NCBI GenBank assembly: GCA_035290025.1
Contig: DATDVL010000060.1
Span: 1-24,000, forward strand
Direction: 5' to 3'
DNA: 24,000 nucleotides
DNA from: Candidatus Nanoarchaeia archaeon
GTDB taxonomy: Archaea > Nanobdellota > Nanobdellia > SCGC-AAA011-G17 > DATDVL01
Position numbers and translations under genes: made by a program. The notes beneath the pieces are model-generated. The model was not told the DNA's origin and searched no databases. It was given only the letters and a program-made list of their open reading frames with translations. Shown in pieces: positions 1 through 7,527 of this stretch. How positions within the stretch are numbered: position 1 is the first letter of the stretch; every line of letters starts with the position of its first letter.

Positions 1-823
1 TTGCATAATCACCATTGTTGATAGTAGTCTCTTCTGTTTGGTCTTCTGTGGTAATAGTAATGCTTCCTTCAGCGAGTTCTGTTCCCTGTGTTTGTACAGT
101 TCCTTTGATGTCTAAGTTTTTTCCGGGAAGAACGTGGTTATTATTAAGGTTGTGCGTGACAGTAAGCGTGTTCGTGAGTTGAATATTTTCAAGGGCGAAT
201 GTTCCTTGGTTGCCGACGTTATCTTGTGCTTGTACTTGAATAGTGTAGGTGCCGGGTGGTTGCGCTGCAGTATTTTTTTCGTGGGTCATTTTTCCTTCTT
301 CAATAGGTGTTGTTTCGATGTTAGTAATAGTTTCTCCCTGTTTGTAATAAATCGTTGCTTGTCCGTTGATGAGTGTGCCGTCAAGTTTGTAGAATTCTCC
401 AGTGAGAGTAAGTGTTTCTCCTAGTTGTGCTTGTTGGTGGTCTACTGCTATTTTCCCTTGGAGTTCTTTGCTGATAGTGAATGTTCTGCTGGTTGCTTCA
501 TCAATGATAAGGTTATTTTCCGTAATACTTGTTTTAAAGACGCAGGTGTTTTCAAAGTATAAAGGTAAGGGTAGTTGTTCGTTGAAGGTTACGCGTTGGT
601 TTTTCTTGATGCTGACTATTTTCGCGAAGAGTTGTACGTTGCCTTGGCATTGAAGGTCTATTTTTAGTTGTCCTAAGATGTCTTTAGTTGTAGTGATGAC
701 TCCGGTAAGTGTTGCTGTATCTCCTATGTTATAGACAGTGTTACTCGGTCCGTCAACAGTTATGGTTGCTTCGACAATAGGGAGAAGGAGGAGAAAGAGA
801 ATAAGCAAAGCACCTTTTTTCAT
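1..823 (-). CDS. Secreted/cell-surface protein, N-terminal 274 aa (partial, continues past the left window edge)
   Basis: I translated the minus strand by hand from ATG 823..821 and it stays open to position 1. It starts MKKGALLILFLLLLPIVEATITVDG (signal peptide) and continues with T/Q/N/G-rich beta-type sequence containing a PGTYT motif like the envelope proteins at 20-24 kb. The ORF track omits it because it is truncated; the + strand ORFs at 134..653 are its antisense. Confidence 0.7.
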   Translation of the reverse strand, partial: MKKGALLILFLLLLPIVEATITVDGPSNTVYNIGDTATLTGVITTTKDILGQLKIDLQCQGNVQLFAKIVSIKKNQRVTFNEQLPLPLYFENTCVFKTSITENNLIIDEATSRTFTISKELQGKIAVDHQQAQLGETLTLTGEFYKLDGTLINGQATIYYKQGETITNIETTPIEEGKMTHEKNTAAQPPGTYTIQVQAQDNVGNQGTFALENIQLTNTLTVTHNLNNNHVLPGKNLDIKGTVQTQGTELAEGSITITTEDQTEETTINNGDYA

Positions 824-846
824 AGTGTTTTCTTGGTTATTAGCAG

Positions 847-854
847 TTTTTATA
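847..854 (-). promoter_or_regulatory. TATA box for the partial surface-protein gene
   Basis: tttttata lies 24 nt from ATG 823, the same spacing seen at most genes in this window. Confidence 0.45.
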
Positions 855-881
855 GTTTATCGTAAGAAAAGTACAGATATC

Positions 882-889
882 TTTAAATA
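882..889 (+). promoter_or_regulatory. TATA box for thrS (leaderless spacing)
   Basis: tttaaata ends 23 nt before ATG 912. Confidence 0.5.
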
Positions 890-911
890 GGTTCTTTATT
901 CTTTTTTGTTT

Positions 912-2633
912 ATGGAAAAGGTGCCTTCCGAATTGGATAAACTAAGACATACAGCAGTACATGTCATGACACATGCAATTAAAGAGTTGTATCCAGAGGC
1001 TTTGCCCACACTAGGGCCGCCTATTGAGAACGGTTTCTATAATGACTATTTTAACTTACCTATCAAAGAAGAAGATTTAGGAAAGATTGAAGAAAAGATG
1101 AAAGAAATTGTTAAGCGTAATCTTTCTCTAGTGCGTATAGAAACATCAAAAAAGGAAGCGCAGCAGTTATTTATTCATAATCGTTTTAAATTAGAACTTA
1201 TTAAGGACTTGAAAGATGGTGAAATTACTATTTATCAACAGGGTGATTTTATTGATTTGTGTCGCGGTGGACATCTGGATTCAACTAGTGAAGTGAAACA
1301 TTTTAAGCTGATGAAACTAGCAGGTTCGTATTGGCGTGGTGATGCAAAGAATCCAATGCTTACAAGGATTTATGGTACTGCTTTTTTTTCTAAACAAGAA
1401 TTAGACAGCTACTTGCAAATGTTGGTCGAGGCGGAGAAGCGCAATCATATGGTTCTAGGTAAGCGTTTGCAGTTGTTTGAAATGCATGAGGAGTCTCCTG
1501 GCGCTCCTTTTTTTTATCCTAAGGGCACAATTATCTATTTAGAGCTCATGAAGTTTTTGCGTGAACAGTATGCAAATCGTGGTTACAAGGAGGTTATTAC
1601 GCCATTGTTATATGATAAGTCATTGTGGGAGACCTCTGGCCATTGGGAACATTATCAGCAGAACATGTTCGTGTTGAATGTTGATAATCGTGAGTTTGGT
1701 TTTAAGTCTATGAATTGTCCTTCTCATTGTTTAATGTTCAGAAATTTGGTGAATAGTTATCGCGATCTTCCTTTGCGTTTGGCGGATTTTGCTGCTTTGC
1801 ATCGTAATGAACTGAAAGGTACACTTGCTGGTTTGACGCGTGTTCGTAAGTTTTCTCAGGATGATGCCCACAATTTTATTGCTGAAGAGGACTTGCAAAA
1901 CGAATTATTGAAGGTTATAGATTTTGTAGATTTCGTTTATAAGAAAACATTTAATGTGGAAGTAGAAATTAAATTGTCAACGCGCCCGGAAAAACGTTTA
2001 GGTTCTGATGATCATTGGGATAAAGCTGAAGCTGCTTTAGAAATGGCCTTAAAAGAGAAAAAGTTAGATTTTACTATTGACGCGGGTGAGGGTGCTTTTT
2101 ATGGTCCTAAGATTGACATTTTTATGAAGGATTCTTTGAAGCGTTTGCATCAGCTTGCAACTATTCAAGTTGATTTTCAAATGCCGTTACGTTTTAATTT
2201 GCAGTTTGATGGTGCTGATGGTAAGAAGCATACGCCTATTATGATACATCGTGCCATTCTTGGTTCTTTGGAGCGTTTTATTGGCGTGTTAACAGAGCAT
2301 TTCGAAGGTAAGTTCCCGTTGTGGTTGTCTCCTATACAGGTTATTGTTATGAGCCTGTCTGATAAGAATATTGCGTATGCACAAAAGGTTGCTGTTGCGC
2401 TATCTCAAGCGGGTTTGCGTGTGGAGACGGATATTTCTGGTGAGACGATCGCTAAGAAGGTTCGTAATGCTCAGTTGCAGAACATTAATTATATGATTAC
2501 GGTGGGTGATAAGGAAGAGCAGGCTTCTTCGTTAGCTATTCGCACATTGGATGGTAAGGTGAAGTTTGGTGTTCCCATTTCGGATTTTGTTGCTGAACTG
2601 GTGGAGAAGATGCGTTCCAGATCTTTAGCATGA
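912..2633 (+). CDS. thrS: Threonyl-tRNA synthetase with bacterial-type N2 editing domain, no TGS domain
   Basis: Editing-site motifs are HTAVHVMTH (HxxxH) at the extreme N-terminus and CRGGH. The class II core includes FRNLVNSYRDLPLRLADF, HRNE, GLTRVRKFSQDDAH, FYGPKIDI and IMIHRAILGSLERFIG, followed by a C-terminal anticodon-binding domain. The track ORF starts at TTG 906; ATG 912 fits the TATA spacing better. Confidence 0.93.
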   Translation: MEKVPSELDKLRHTAVHVMTHAIKELYPEALPTLGPPIENGFYNDYFNLPIKEEDLGKIEEKMKEIVKRNLSLVRIETSKKEAQQLFIHNRFKLELIKDLKDGEITIYQQGDFIDLCRGGHLDSTSEVKHFKLMKLAGSYWRGDAKNPMLTRIYGTAFFSKQELDSYLQMLVEAEKRNHMVLGKRLQLFEMHEESPGAPFFYPKGTIIYLELMKFLREQYANRGYKEVITPLLYDKSLWETSGHWEHYQQNMFVLNVDNREFGFKSMNCPSHCLMFRNLVNSYRDLPLRLADFAALHRNELKGTLAGLTRVRKFSQDDAHNFIAEEDLQNELLKVIDFVDFVYKKTFNVEVEIKLSTRPEKRLGSDDHWDKAEAALEMALKEKKLDFTIDAGEGAFYGPKIDIFMKDSLKRLHQLATIQVDFQMPLRFNLQFDGADGKKHTPIMIHRAILGSLERFIGVLTEHFEGKFPLWLSPIQVIVMSLSDKNIAYAQKVAVALSQAGLRVETDISGETIAKKVRNAQLQNINYMITVGDKEEQASSLAIRTLDGKVKFGVPISDFVAELVEKMRSRSLA

Positions 2634-3139
2634 TGGATATTTTTAAGGTTGTTGAGCGTTTGCGTGCGGATAGTAAGTTTCAGGAGTGGCAGGCTGCTAA
2701 TAAGAAGTCTTTCTTGTATGTTGTTTTCGGTATTCATGCTGATCCTCAGGTGTGGGAGGTTGGTTTTTTTAATGCTAAGGAAAATACTGCTAAAACATTT
2801 ATGGTGGGTGATGTTATTTCTGATGTTGCTGAGGAGTCTAAGATTTTTAAGCCTACAGATCAGGTTGTTGATGAGTTACATTTAGATAAAGTAAAAATAA
2901 GTGTTGCTGATGCGTTGGCTATTGTTGAGTCTGTTCGTAAGGCTGATTATCCTAAAGAATTGGTGAACAAGACCATTATGATTTTGCAGCAGATGAAGAG
3001 GCCGTTATGGAATATTACGTTGTTAACGTCAACGTTGAATGTGTTGAATGTGAAGATTGATGCTCGTTCAGGCGACGTTGTAGAGAAAAGCTTGGTTGCT
3101 GCATTGTCGTTTAATTCTGCAAAGCAAAAAGCCTCTTAA
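2630..3139 (+). CDS. Hypothetical protein (169 aa), translationally coupled to thrS
   Basis: Its ATG overlaps the thrS stop (ATGA at 2630-2633) and its composition is coding-like. I recognise no family; a PepSY-like C-terminus (NVKIDARSGDVVEK) is only a guess. Confidence 0.55.
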   Translation: MMDIFKVVERLRADSKFQEWQAANKKSFLYVVFGIHADPQVWEVGFFNAKENTAKTFMVGDVISDVAEESKIFKPTDQVVDELHLDKVKISVADALAIVESVRKADYPKELVNKTIMILQQMKRPLWNITLLTSTLNVLNVKIDARSGDVVEKSLVAALSFNSAKQKAS

Positions 3140-3453
3140 GGAGTGCTATAACTTTCGCCTGGTCGATCTAGTTTATAGTTACAGCGTGAGCAGAGAAGAT
3201 GTGTTCTCAGATCAAGAAAGGGTAGGGTGTGGAGGCATGATGAACAATATTTATTATGCATAGGCACACCGCCTTTGGTTACAGTTACAGGTACAAAAGT
3301 GTCTTGACTAGGGCTTAAAAAAAGTTGTCGTGTGGGTGGTGCTGTTATAACCATTGCTTGCACATCAATTGATGGTAGTCGTAACCGCCGATGTTCTGGT
3401 AATGAAACTGTTCGTACAGAAATATCCTCTTTTTCTTGACTCATGGAATCCAC
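3136..3453 (-). CDS. Hypothetical zinc-ribbon protein (CxxC-x17-CxxC)
   Basis: The ORF is 105 aa and contains CSSC...CSRC. A TATA-like tttatata (minus sense, about 3515-3522) lies upstream. Amino-acid composition is atypical for this window (R/P/S/H/C-rich, K-poor) and the ORF contains a T7 run, so coding status is uncertain. Confidence 0.35.
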   Translation of the reverse strand: MDSMSQEKEDISVRTVSLPEHRRLRLPSIDVQAMVITAPPTRQLFLSPSQDTFVPVTVTKGGVPMHNKYCSSCLHTLPFLDLRTHLLCSRCNYKLDRPGESYSTP

Positions 3454-3536
3454 CTGTCTAGAGTTGTTGTTTTGTGGCCTGATACCTGAGGTCTTATGTG
3501 TGGGGGTTAGCTTCTATATAAACATTGCTGTACTAT

Positions 3537-3749
3537 TCAAGAAAGTTGTACTAATTTTTTCTTTGCGGTCATGCCGGTGATGATAGTTGCTTTTTTATGG
3601 TAAGTTTTTTCTAAGAATTTTAGTAGTTCTTTGTTTGCTTCGTTATTTTTTGGTTGTGCATGGAGTGTAATAATAAGATTGTTTTCTTCTTGGTGGAGTA
3701 TCTTTGTTTCTTTTTTTCCAGTTTTTACGGTGATGTTAAGGTAGGGCAT
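3537..3749 (-). CDS. DUF167/YggU-family small protein
   Basis: The protein is 70 aa. The LIITLHAQPKNNEANKELLKFLEK...ITGMTAKKK pattern matches UPF0235/DUF167. It overlaps the dph5 3' end by 14 nt. Confidence 0.7.
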   Translation of the reverse strand: MPYLNITVKTGKKETKILHQEENNLIITLHAQPKNNEANKELLKFLEKTYHKKATIITGMTAKKKLVQLS

Positions 3750-4464
3750 GTTTTTTCCAGAACTGTAGTGCTTCTTCTTCTAAAAAGTGTAGTTTCCCTG
3801 GTATGATAAAACATTGTGGGTAGTGAGTAAGTTGTAGGTGTTCTGCGGTTGCGATTTTTATTTCTGGTTGTTCGCTTCCAAGTGCTGCGCATCCAATGAT
3901 GGTTGTTGTGGGTGGTAGTCCTTTGCTCATAAGATAGTTGAGTCCTTCTCGTGCAGTGAGTGGTTTTTCTTGGGTGTCAAGTAAGAAGAGTGTGTGATGT
4001 CCTTGTTCGTGATTGTTGAGGTAGTTTTTGTAGGGTGTTTCTAAGTGTTTATTGTCTCGTGGTATACTAATAGTCATGCCGAATTTGTAGAGGAATAATC
4101 CGGTGATGCCTATGGCGGAAAAGACGGATGCGTTTTCTATGATATGTACGGGTATGTTTTTCTTTTTTGCTTCCATGACATAGGTGAAGTGTGTTGTTGC
4201 TGCTGTTGGGCTTCCGATGATGAGGAGTGCGACGTCATCTTGTTGTGCTTCTTTTAGGATGTTTTCCATGCCATTTTCTAGTTGTTCTCTTCCTGCTGCG
4301 ATAATATTTTTTCCATAGTAAGTTGCTAATTGGTCTATCGCAACTTGTAGTTGTGATGTGTAGACGTCTAGGTAAAGCTTTCTTGCTTGTTTTATTGCTG
4401 CGAGTCCTTTGATGCTAATATCTCTTTCATCTCCTAATCCTAGTCCTATGAGGTAGAGTGCCAT
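3736..4464 (-). CDS. dph5: Diphthine synthase
   Basis: The N-terminus is MALYLIGLGLGDERDISIKGL and the 242-aa length fits the tetrapyrrole-methylase fold. This enzyme is specific to archaea and eukaryotes. Confidence 0.9.
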   Translation of the reverse strand: MALYLIGLGLGDERDISIKGLAAIKQARKLYLDVYTSQLQVAIDQLATYYGKNIIAAGREQLENGMENILKEAQQDDVALLIIGSPTAATTHFTYVMEAKKKNIPVHIIENASVFSAIGITGLFLYKFGMTISIPRDNKHLETPYKNYLNNHEQGHHTLFLLDTQEKPLTAREGLNYLMSKGLPPTTTIIGCAALGSEQPEIKIATAEHLQLTHYPQCFIIPGKLHFLEEEALQFWKKHALP

Positions 4465-4486
4465 GTTTTTTCTTAGGGAAAGATGG

Positions 4487-4494
4487 TTTTTATG
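4487..4494 (-). promoter_or_regulatory. TATA box for the dph5 operon
   Basis: tttttatg lies 23 nt from ATG 4464. Confidence 0.45.
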
Positions 4495-4506
4495 GTTTGT
4501 TATTCT

Positions 4507-5001
4507 TTAGTAAAGGAGGAAGAGGATGCCGGTGCTGAAGTAGAAGTAGTGGATAACAATACCAATAATGATACCTATAACTGTTAGAGTAAGATTGTTT
4601 TTCCAGGTGTTGTTGATGCTTGATTCTGCAAGGTTATTTAGATAATAAAGGACAGGTAAGGGTAAATAGCTGGGAAGTATGCCTATGCATATGCCGTGAA
4701 TCAGTGCTGGTTGCAGGAAATACAAGCTGAAAGTCATAATAATAAATAAGAAGATGCTGATAAAAATAAGCCAGGGCATTTTCGTGTTAATGCTCATATA
4801 GCCTATGATAAGTAATGGTGAGATTATGCCTAGAAGGTTTACCCATGTTTCTATCCATCGTCTTCCTTGCTGTACTTCTTTGAGAGTGTACTTTTTTATG
4901 GTTTTTCCTACGAAGTAGCTGATGATGCCGAGGATGATAATGGCTAGGTAAGTCATGGTATGAGTATTTAAGAATTGTAAGTAGGTGGTGAGGAGTGTCA
5001 T
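4507..5001 (-). CDS. Hypothetical polytopic membrane protein (164 aa)
   Basis: It has about five hydrophobic segments. Its start overlaps the alaX stop by 4 nt, indicating an operon. Confidence 0.6.
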   Translation of the reverse strand: MTLLTTYLQFLNTHTMTYLAIIILGIISYFVGKTIKKYTLKEVQQGRRWIETWVNLLGIISPLLIIGYMSINTKMPWLIFISIFLFIIMTFSLYFLQPALIHGICIGILPSYLPLPVLYYLNNLAESSINNTWKNNLTLTVIGIIIGIVIHYFYFSTGILFLLY

Positions 5002-5705
5002 GGTTGTAGTTGGAAGTAGATTCTTTTTCTTCCCTTTCCTTTATTTTCTGTTTTGGTGAAAACAACGTTGCCGAGTTCTTTGAGGCTTTTCACGTGCGTC
5101 CCACCGTCTGCTTCTTTGTCTATGCCTTGTATGTCTACGATCCGTATCTTTTCTAGGTGGGTGTGTTTGAATCCTGCTGCTAGTTTGAAGAGTGTTGTGT
5201 CTTGAAGTGCTTCTTGTGCTGGTAAGTAGTAAACCGTTACGGGTAAGTCTTGTTGGATATAATGGTTAATTTTTTCTTGCCAGGTATCCAGTTGTTGTTT
5301 GTCCAATTGTTCCAAGTCTAAGTCTACTCTGCTAGTAGCAATATTAAGTTGGTTGCCTGTCGTGAGTGCTTTTGTTTCTCGTTCAATTACGCTGCAGATG
5401 AGGTGTGCTGCGGTGTGCATTTTCATGAGTTGGTATCTTCGTTCCCAGTTGATAGTACATTGTACCTGTTGTCCTGTGGTGATTCCTGTTTTGTCTACTT
5501 CGTGGGTGATAATATCATGTTCTTTCGTGACGTTAGCGACAATATAGGTTATTCCATTACAAATAATTGTTCCTGTGTCATGAGGTTGTCCTCCGCTTGA
5601 AGGGTAGAAGTAAGTTTGTGCTAATTGTAGTTTGTTTCCTTCTGCGTGAGTTATGGTTGTGGTAAACTCTTTAGTATAGGCATCATCTAAATAAGCTGCG
5701 TGCAT
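4998..5705 (-). CDS. alaX: Free-standing alanyl-tRNA editing protein (AlaX-M type)
   Basis: It carries the HTAAHLICSVI (HxxxH) motif and a GGTHV motif. The N-terminal beta-barrel region (YFYPSSGGQPHDTG) and the 235-aa length fit AlaX-M. The usual CGGTH reads DGGTH here. Confidence 0.85.
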   Translation of the reverse strand: MHAAYLDDAYTKEFTTTITHAEGNKLQLAQTYFYPSSGGQPHDTGTIICNGITYIVANVTKEHDIITHEVDKTGITTGQQVQCTINWERRYQLMKMHTAAHLICSVIERETKALTTGNQLNIATSRVDLDLEQLDKQQLDTWQEKINHYIQQDLPVTVYYLPAQEALQDTTLFKLAAGFKHTHLEKIRIVDIQGIDKEADGGTHVKSLKELGNVVFTKTENKGKGRKRIYFQLQP

Positions 5706-5726
5706 AAAAGTAAGGAACGAAAACCA

Positions 5727-5734
5727 TTTTTATA
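5727..5734 (-). promoter_or_regulatory. TATA box for alaX
   Basis: tttttata lies 22 nt from ATG 5705. Confidence 0.5.
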
Positions 5735-5742
5735 GTTTGTTG

Positions 5743-6108
5743 TTAGAGAAAACTTCCTTCTAGGTAGCTTTTCATGCGTTCTGCGAAGTGTGTTCTTGGT
5801 ACGACTCTGTTGCATCCTGCTTGTTCTGCTTGTTGTTTGAGTTGTACTTGGACGTGTGATAAGTAGCCTACCATGGGTATGCTGGATAGTTTAGGGTCTC
5901 GTTTGATGCGGGTGATAAGGCTGAGTGCATCTACTTTGGTGTTGTTCAAGTCTACAATGATAAGTTCTGGTGTTACGGTGAATGGTCTGAATACTTCTGT
6001 GGGTGTTCGTAAAAAGAATACTTCTTTTCCTAGTCCTCGTGCTAGTTCATGGATTTTTGTTGAGAAGTGAAAGTCTGCTACTGCTGCGAGGATGAGTTTT
6101 TTTGGCAT
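5743..6108 (-). CDS. Stand-alone CheY-like receiver domain, degenerate acidic pocket
   Basis: The alternating beta/alpha pattern is KKLILAAVAD...ELIIVDLNN...IPMVGYLSH...NRVVPR. The phospho-acceptor Asp is retained (IIVD), but the N-terminal DD pair reads AD and the conserved K-P reads P-R. The track start 6117 is TTG; ATG 6108 is preferred. Confidence 0.55.
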   Translation of the reverse strand: MPKKLILAAVADFHFSTKIHELARGLGKEVFFLRTPTEVFRPFTVTPELIIVDLNNTKVDALSLITRIKRDPKLSSIPMVGYLSHVQVQLKQQAEQAGCNRVVPRTHFAERMKSYLEGSFL

Positions 6109-6265
6109 GGTAGACAAATAGTTGCGGAGGTTTGCTTATATAGTTTATTGTTACTTTTTCTGTAAGAAGTGTATCATTTTTTATTTTTAGAGTATACAAG
6201 AAAAGTGAGTAAGAAAGTTTTAAAAACGCTAATTTCTGGTGGTGATAAGGGGGTTTGCATAGATT

Positions 6266-7525
6266 ATGAGTTGGGTTAAGAGTACGTTTGAGAAGGTTCC
6301 TCAAGGGGAGAGAGTGGCTCTTGCTGAGAGGGCTTTGGATTTGTATACACAGATGCCTACGCCTTATTATGCAATTCCTAGTGGTATAGTTGTTCCTGAC
6401 GCTATTGATCGTTGGCCTTCCTCAGAAGTATTAGGCGAACGATGGTTGCAAGAAGATGAAATATTCAAGGATATAACAGATGTGTGTAGTGGTCTTCCTC
6501 CTGACTGGACGGCTTTGCAGGAAAGGGTTAAAAATAATAGGAGGCACATGCAGGTTTTAGCTGCTAGAAGTTCCTCTCGTCGTATGCGTCTCTCGTTGCA
6601 TAAGCTGCCTCCTTTTTTTGATGATTTTGATGGGAAAGTAAAAAAGTGGTATAATCTGCCAGAGTGTGTAAACGGTGCAGAGTATGTCGTTACAAAAGAA
6701 CATTTGGGTGAAGGTGGTTTCGGCACAGTGTACAAAGTACAAGCAGATGATGGTAGGGTGTATGCTTTGAAATTACTGCATCCTCGTCACGTTCTAACAG
6801 GGCATCAGCAAGATACGCATCATGATGCTGGTGATGTAATAAGAAAAGGATTGGTCCAACGTCAAGAATTATTCAGAAATGATTGGTTTGCTCGTCTGGA
6901 GTTTATAACGTGGAATAGGCATGATAGTTTCAGAGTAGCAGTCATGAAAGAGTTCGTTCCTGGTAAAACCGTTTATCAGGTATTGCGAAGTTTTGATGGT
7001 CCTGATAGTTTTACGCAAAGAATGGCTGCTGCTTATCGCATAGTTTTGCCCTATGCTCATTTTTTGCAGTGGATGCATCATCAGGGTTTGTTGTTTGTTG
7101 AGAATCGTTGGGATAATGTTATGAAGCATGGTGATACTATAAAAGTTATTGATTATGATTTTGTGACACCTATTGCTGAAATGGGTAATGCAGAGCATGA
7201 TTTTGTTCGATGTGTTTCTTCTCGCTCTTTTGCTTCACGACAACAAAGGCATGATACATTGCAACGCACGTTATTAAGTGATGTGGAGTGTTTTGCTTTA
7301 ATGCTTGATCAATGGTTTGTTGGTTATCCTTGGATCAGCGGTAAGGATTATGGAAATATGTTACGACATATGGATCAAGCAGCAGAAAATAAACGAGCCT
7401 ATCCAAGAGAGCGTATGCATGCTTTGCCGAAGCCGATAAGGCAAGTCGTGCATGATCTTCTTCGTTACCCGCAAGATGAATCGTTGACTATTGATGATGT
7501 GGTCAGTGCATTGGAGATGTTGTAA
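6266..7525 (+). CDS. Hanks-type protein kinase-like protein, paralog 1 (N-terminal unknown domain plus kinase-like domain)
   Basis: Motifs present: Gly-loop LGEGGFGTVYKV, VAIK-like VYALKL, catalytic-loop region FVENRWDNVM, KVIDYDF in place of DFG, and activation-segment SRSFASRQQ. Confidence 0.7.
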   Translation: MSWVKSTFEKVPQGERVALAERALDLYTQMPTPYYAIPSGIVVPDAIDRWPSSEVLGERWLQEDEIFKDITDVCSGLPPDWTALQERVKNNRRHMQVLAARSSSRRMRLSLHKLPPFFDDFDGKVKKWYNLPECVNGAEYVVTKEHLGEGGFGTVYKVQADDGRVYALKLLHPRHVLTGHQQDTHHDAGDVIRKGLVQRQELFRNDWFARLEFITWNRHDSFRVAVMKEFVPGKTVYQVLRSFDGPDSFTQRMAAAYRIVLPYAHFLQWMHHQGLLFVENRWDNVMKHGDTIKVIDYDFVTPIAEMGNAEHDFVRCVSSRSFASRQQRHDTLQRTLLSDVECFALMLDQWFVGYPWISGKDYGNMLRHMDQAAENKRAYPRERMHALPKPIRQVVHDLLRYPQDESLTIDDVVSALEML

Positions 7526-7527
7526 AC

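Noticed and set aside
134-653. Two + strand ORFs (96 and 83 aa) at the left edge.
   Set aside because: They are antisense to a continuous minus-strand reading frame (1-823) that has a clear signal peptide and promoter. Their Cys/Phe/Val-rich composition is typical of shadow ORFs.
3140-3536. SRP RNA or RNase P RNA in the unassigned region. GGTGCTGTT resembles a stretch of bacterial 4.5S RNA.
   Set aside because: I found no GGAAGCAGCC/GNAR helix-8 core and no GAGGAAAGUCC-type CR-I motif on either strand, so the resemblance is too short to count. The region is kept only as an uncertain finding.
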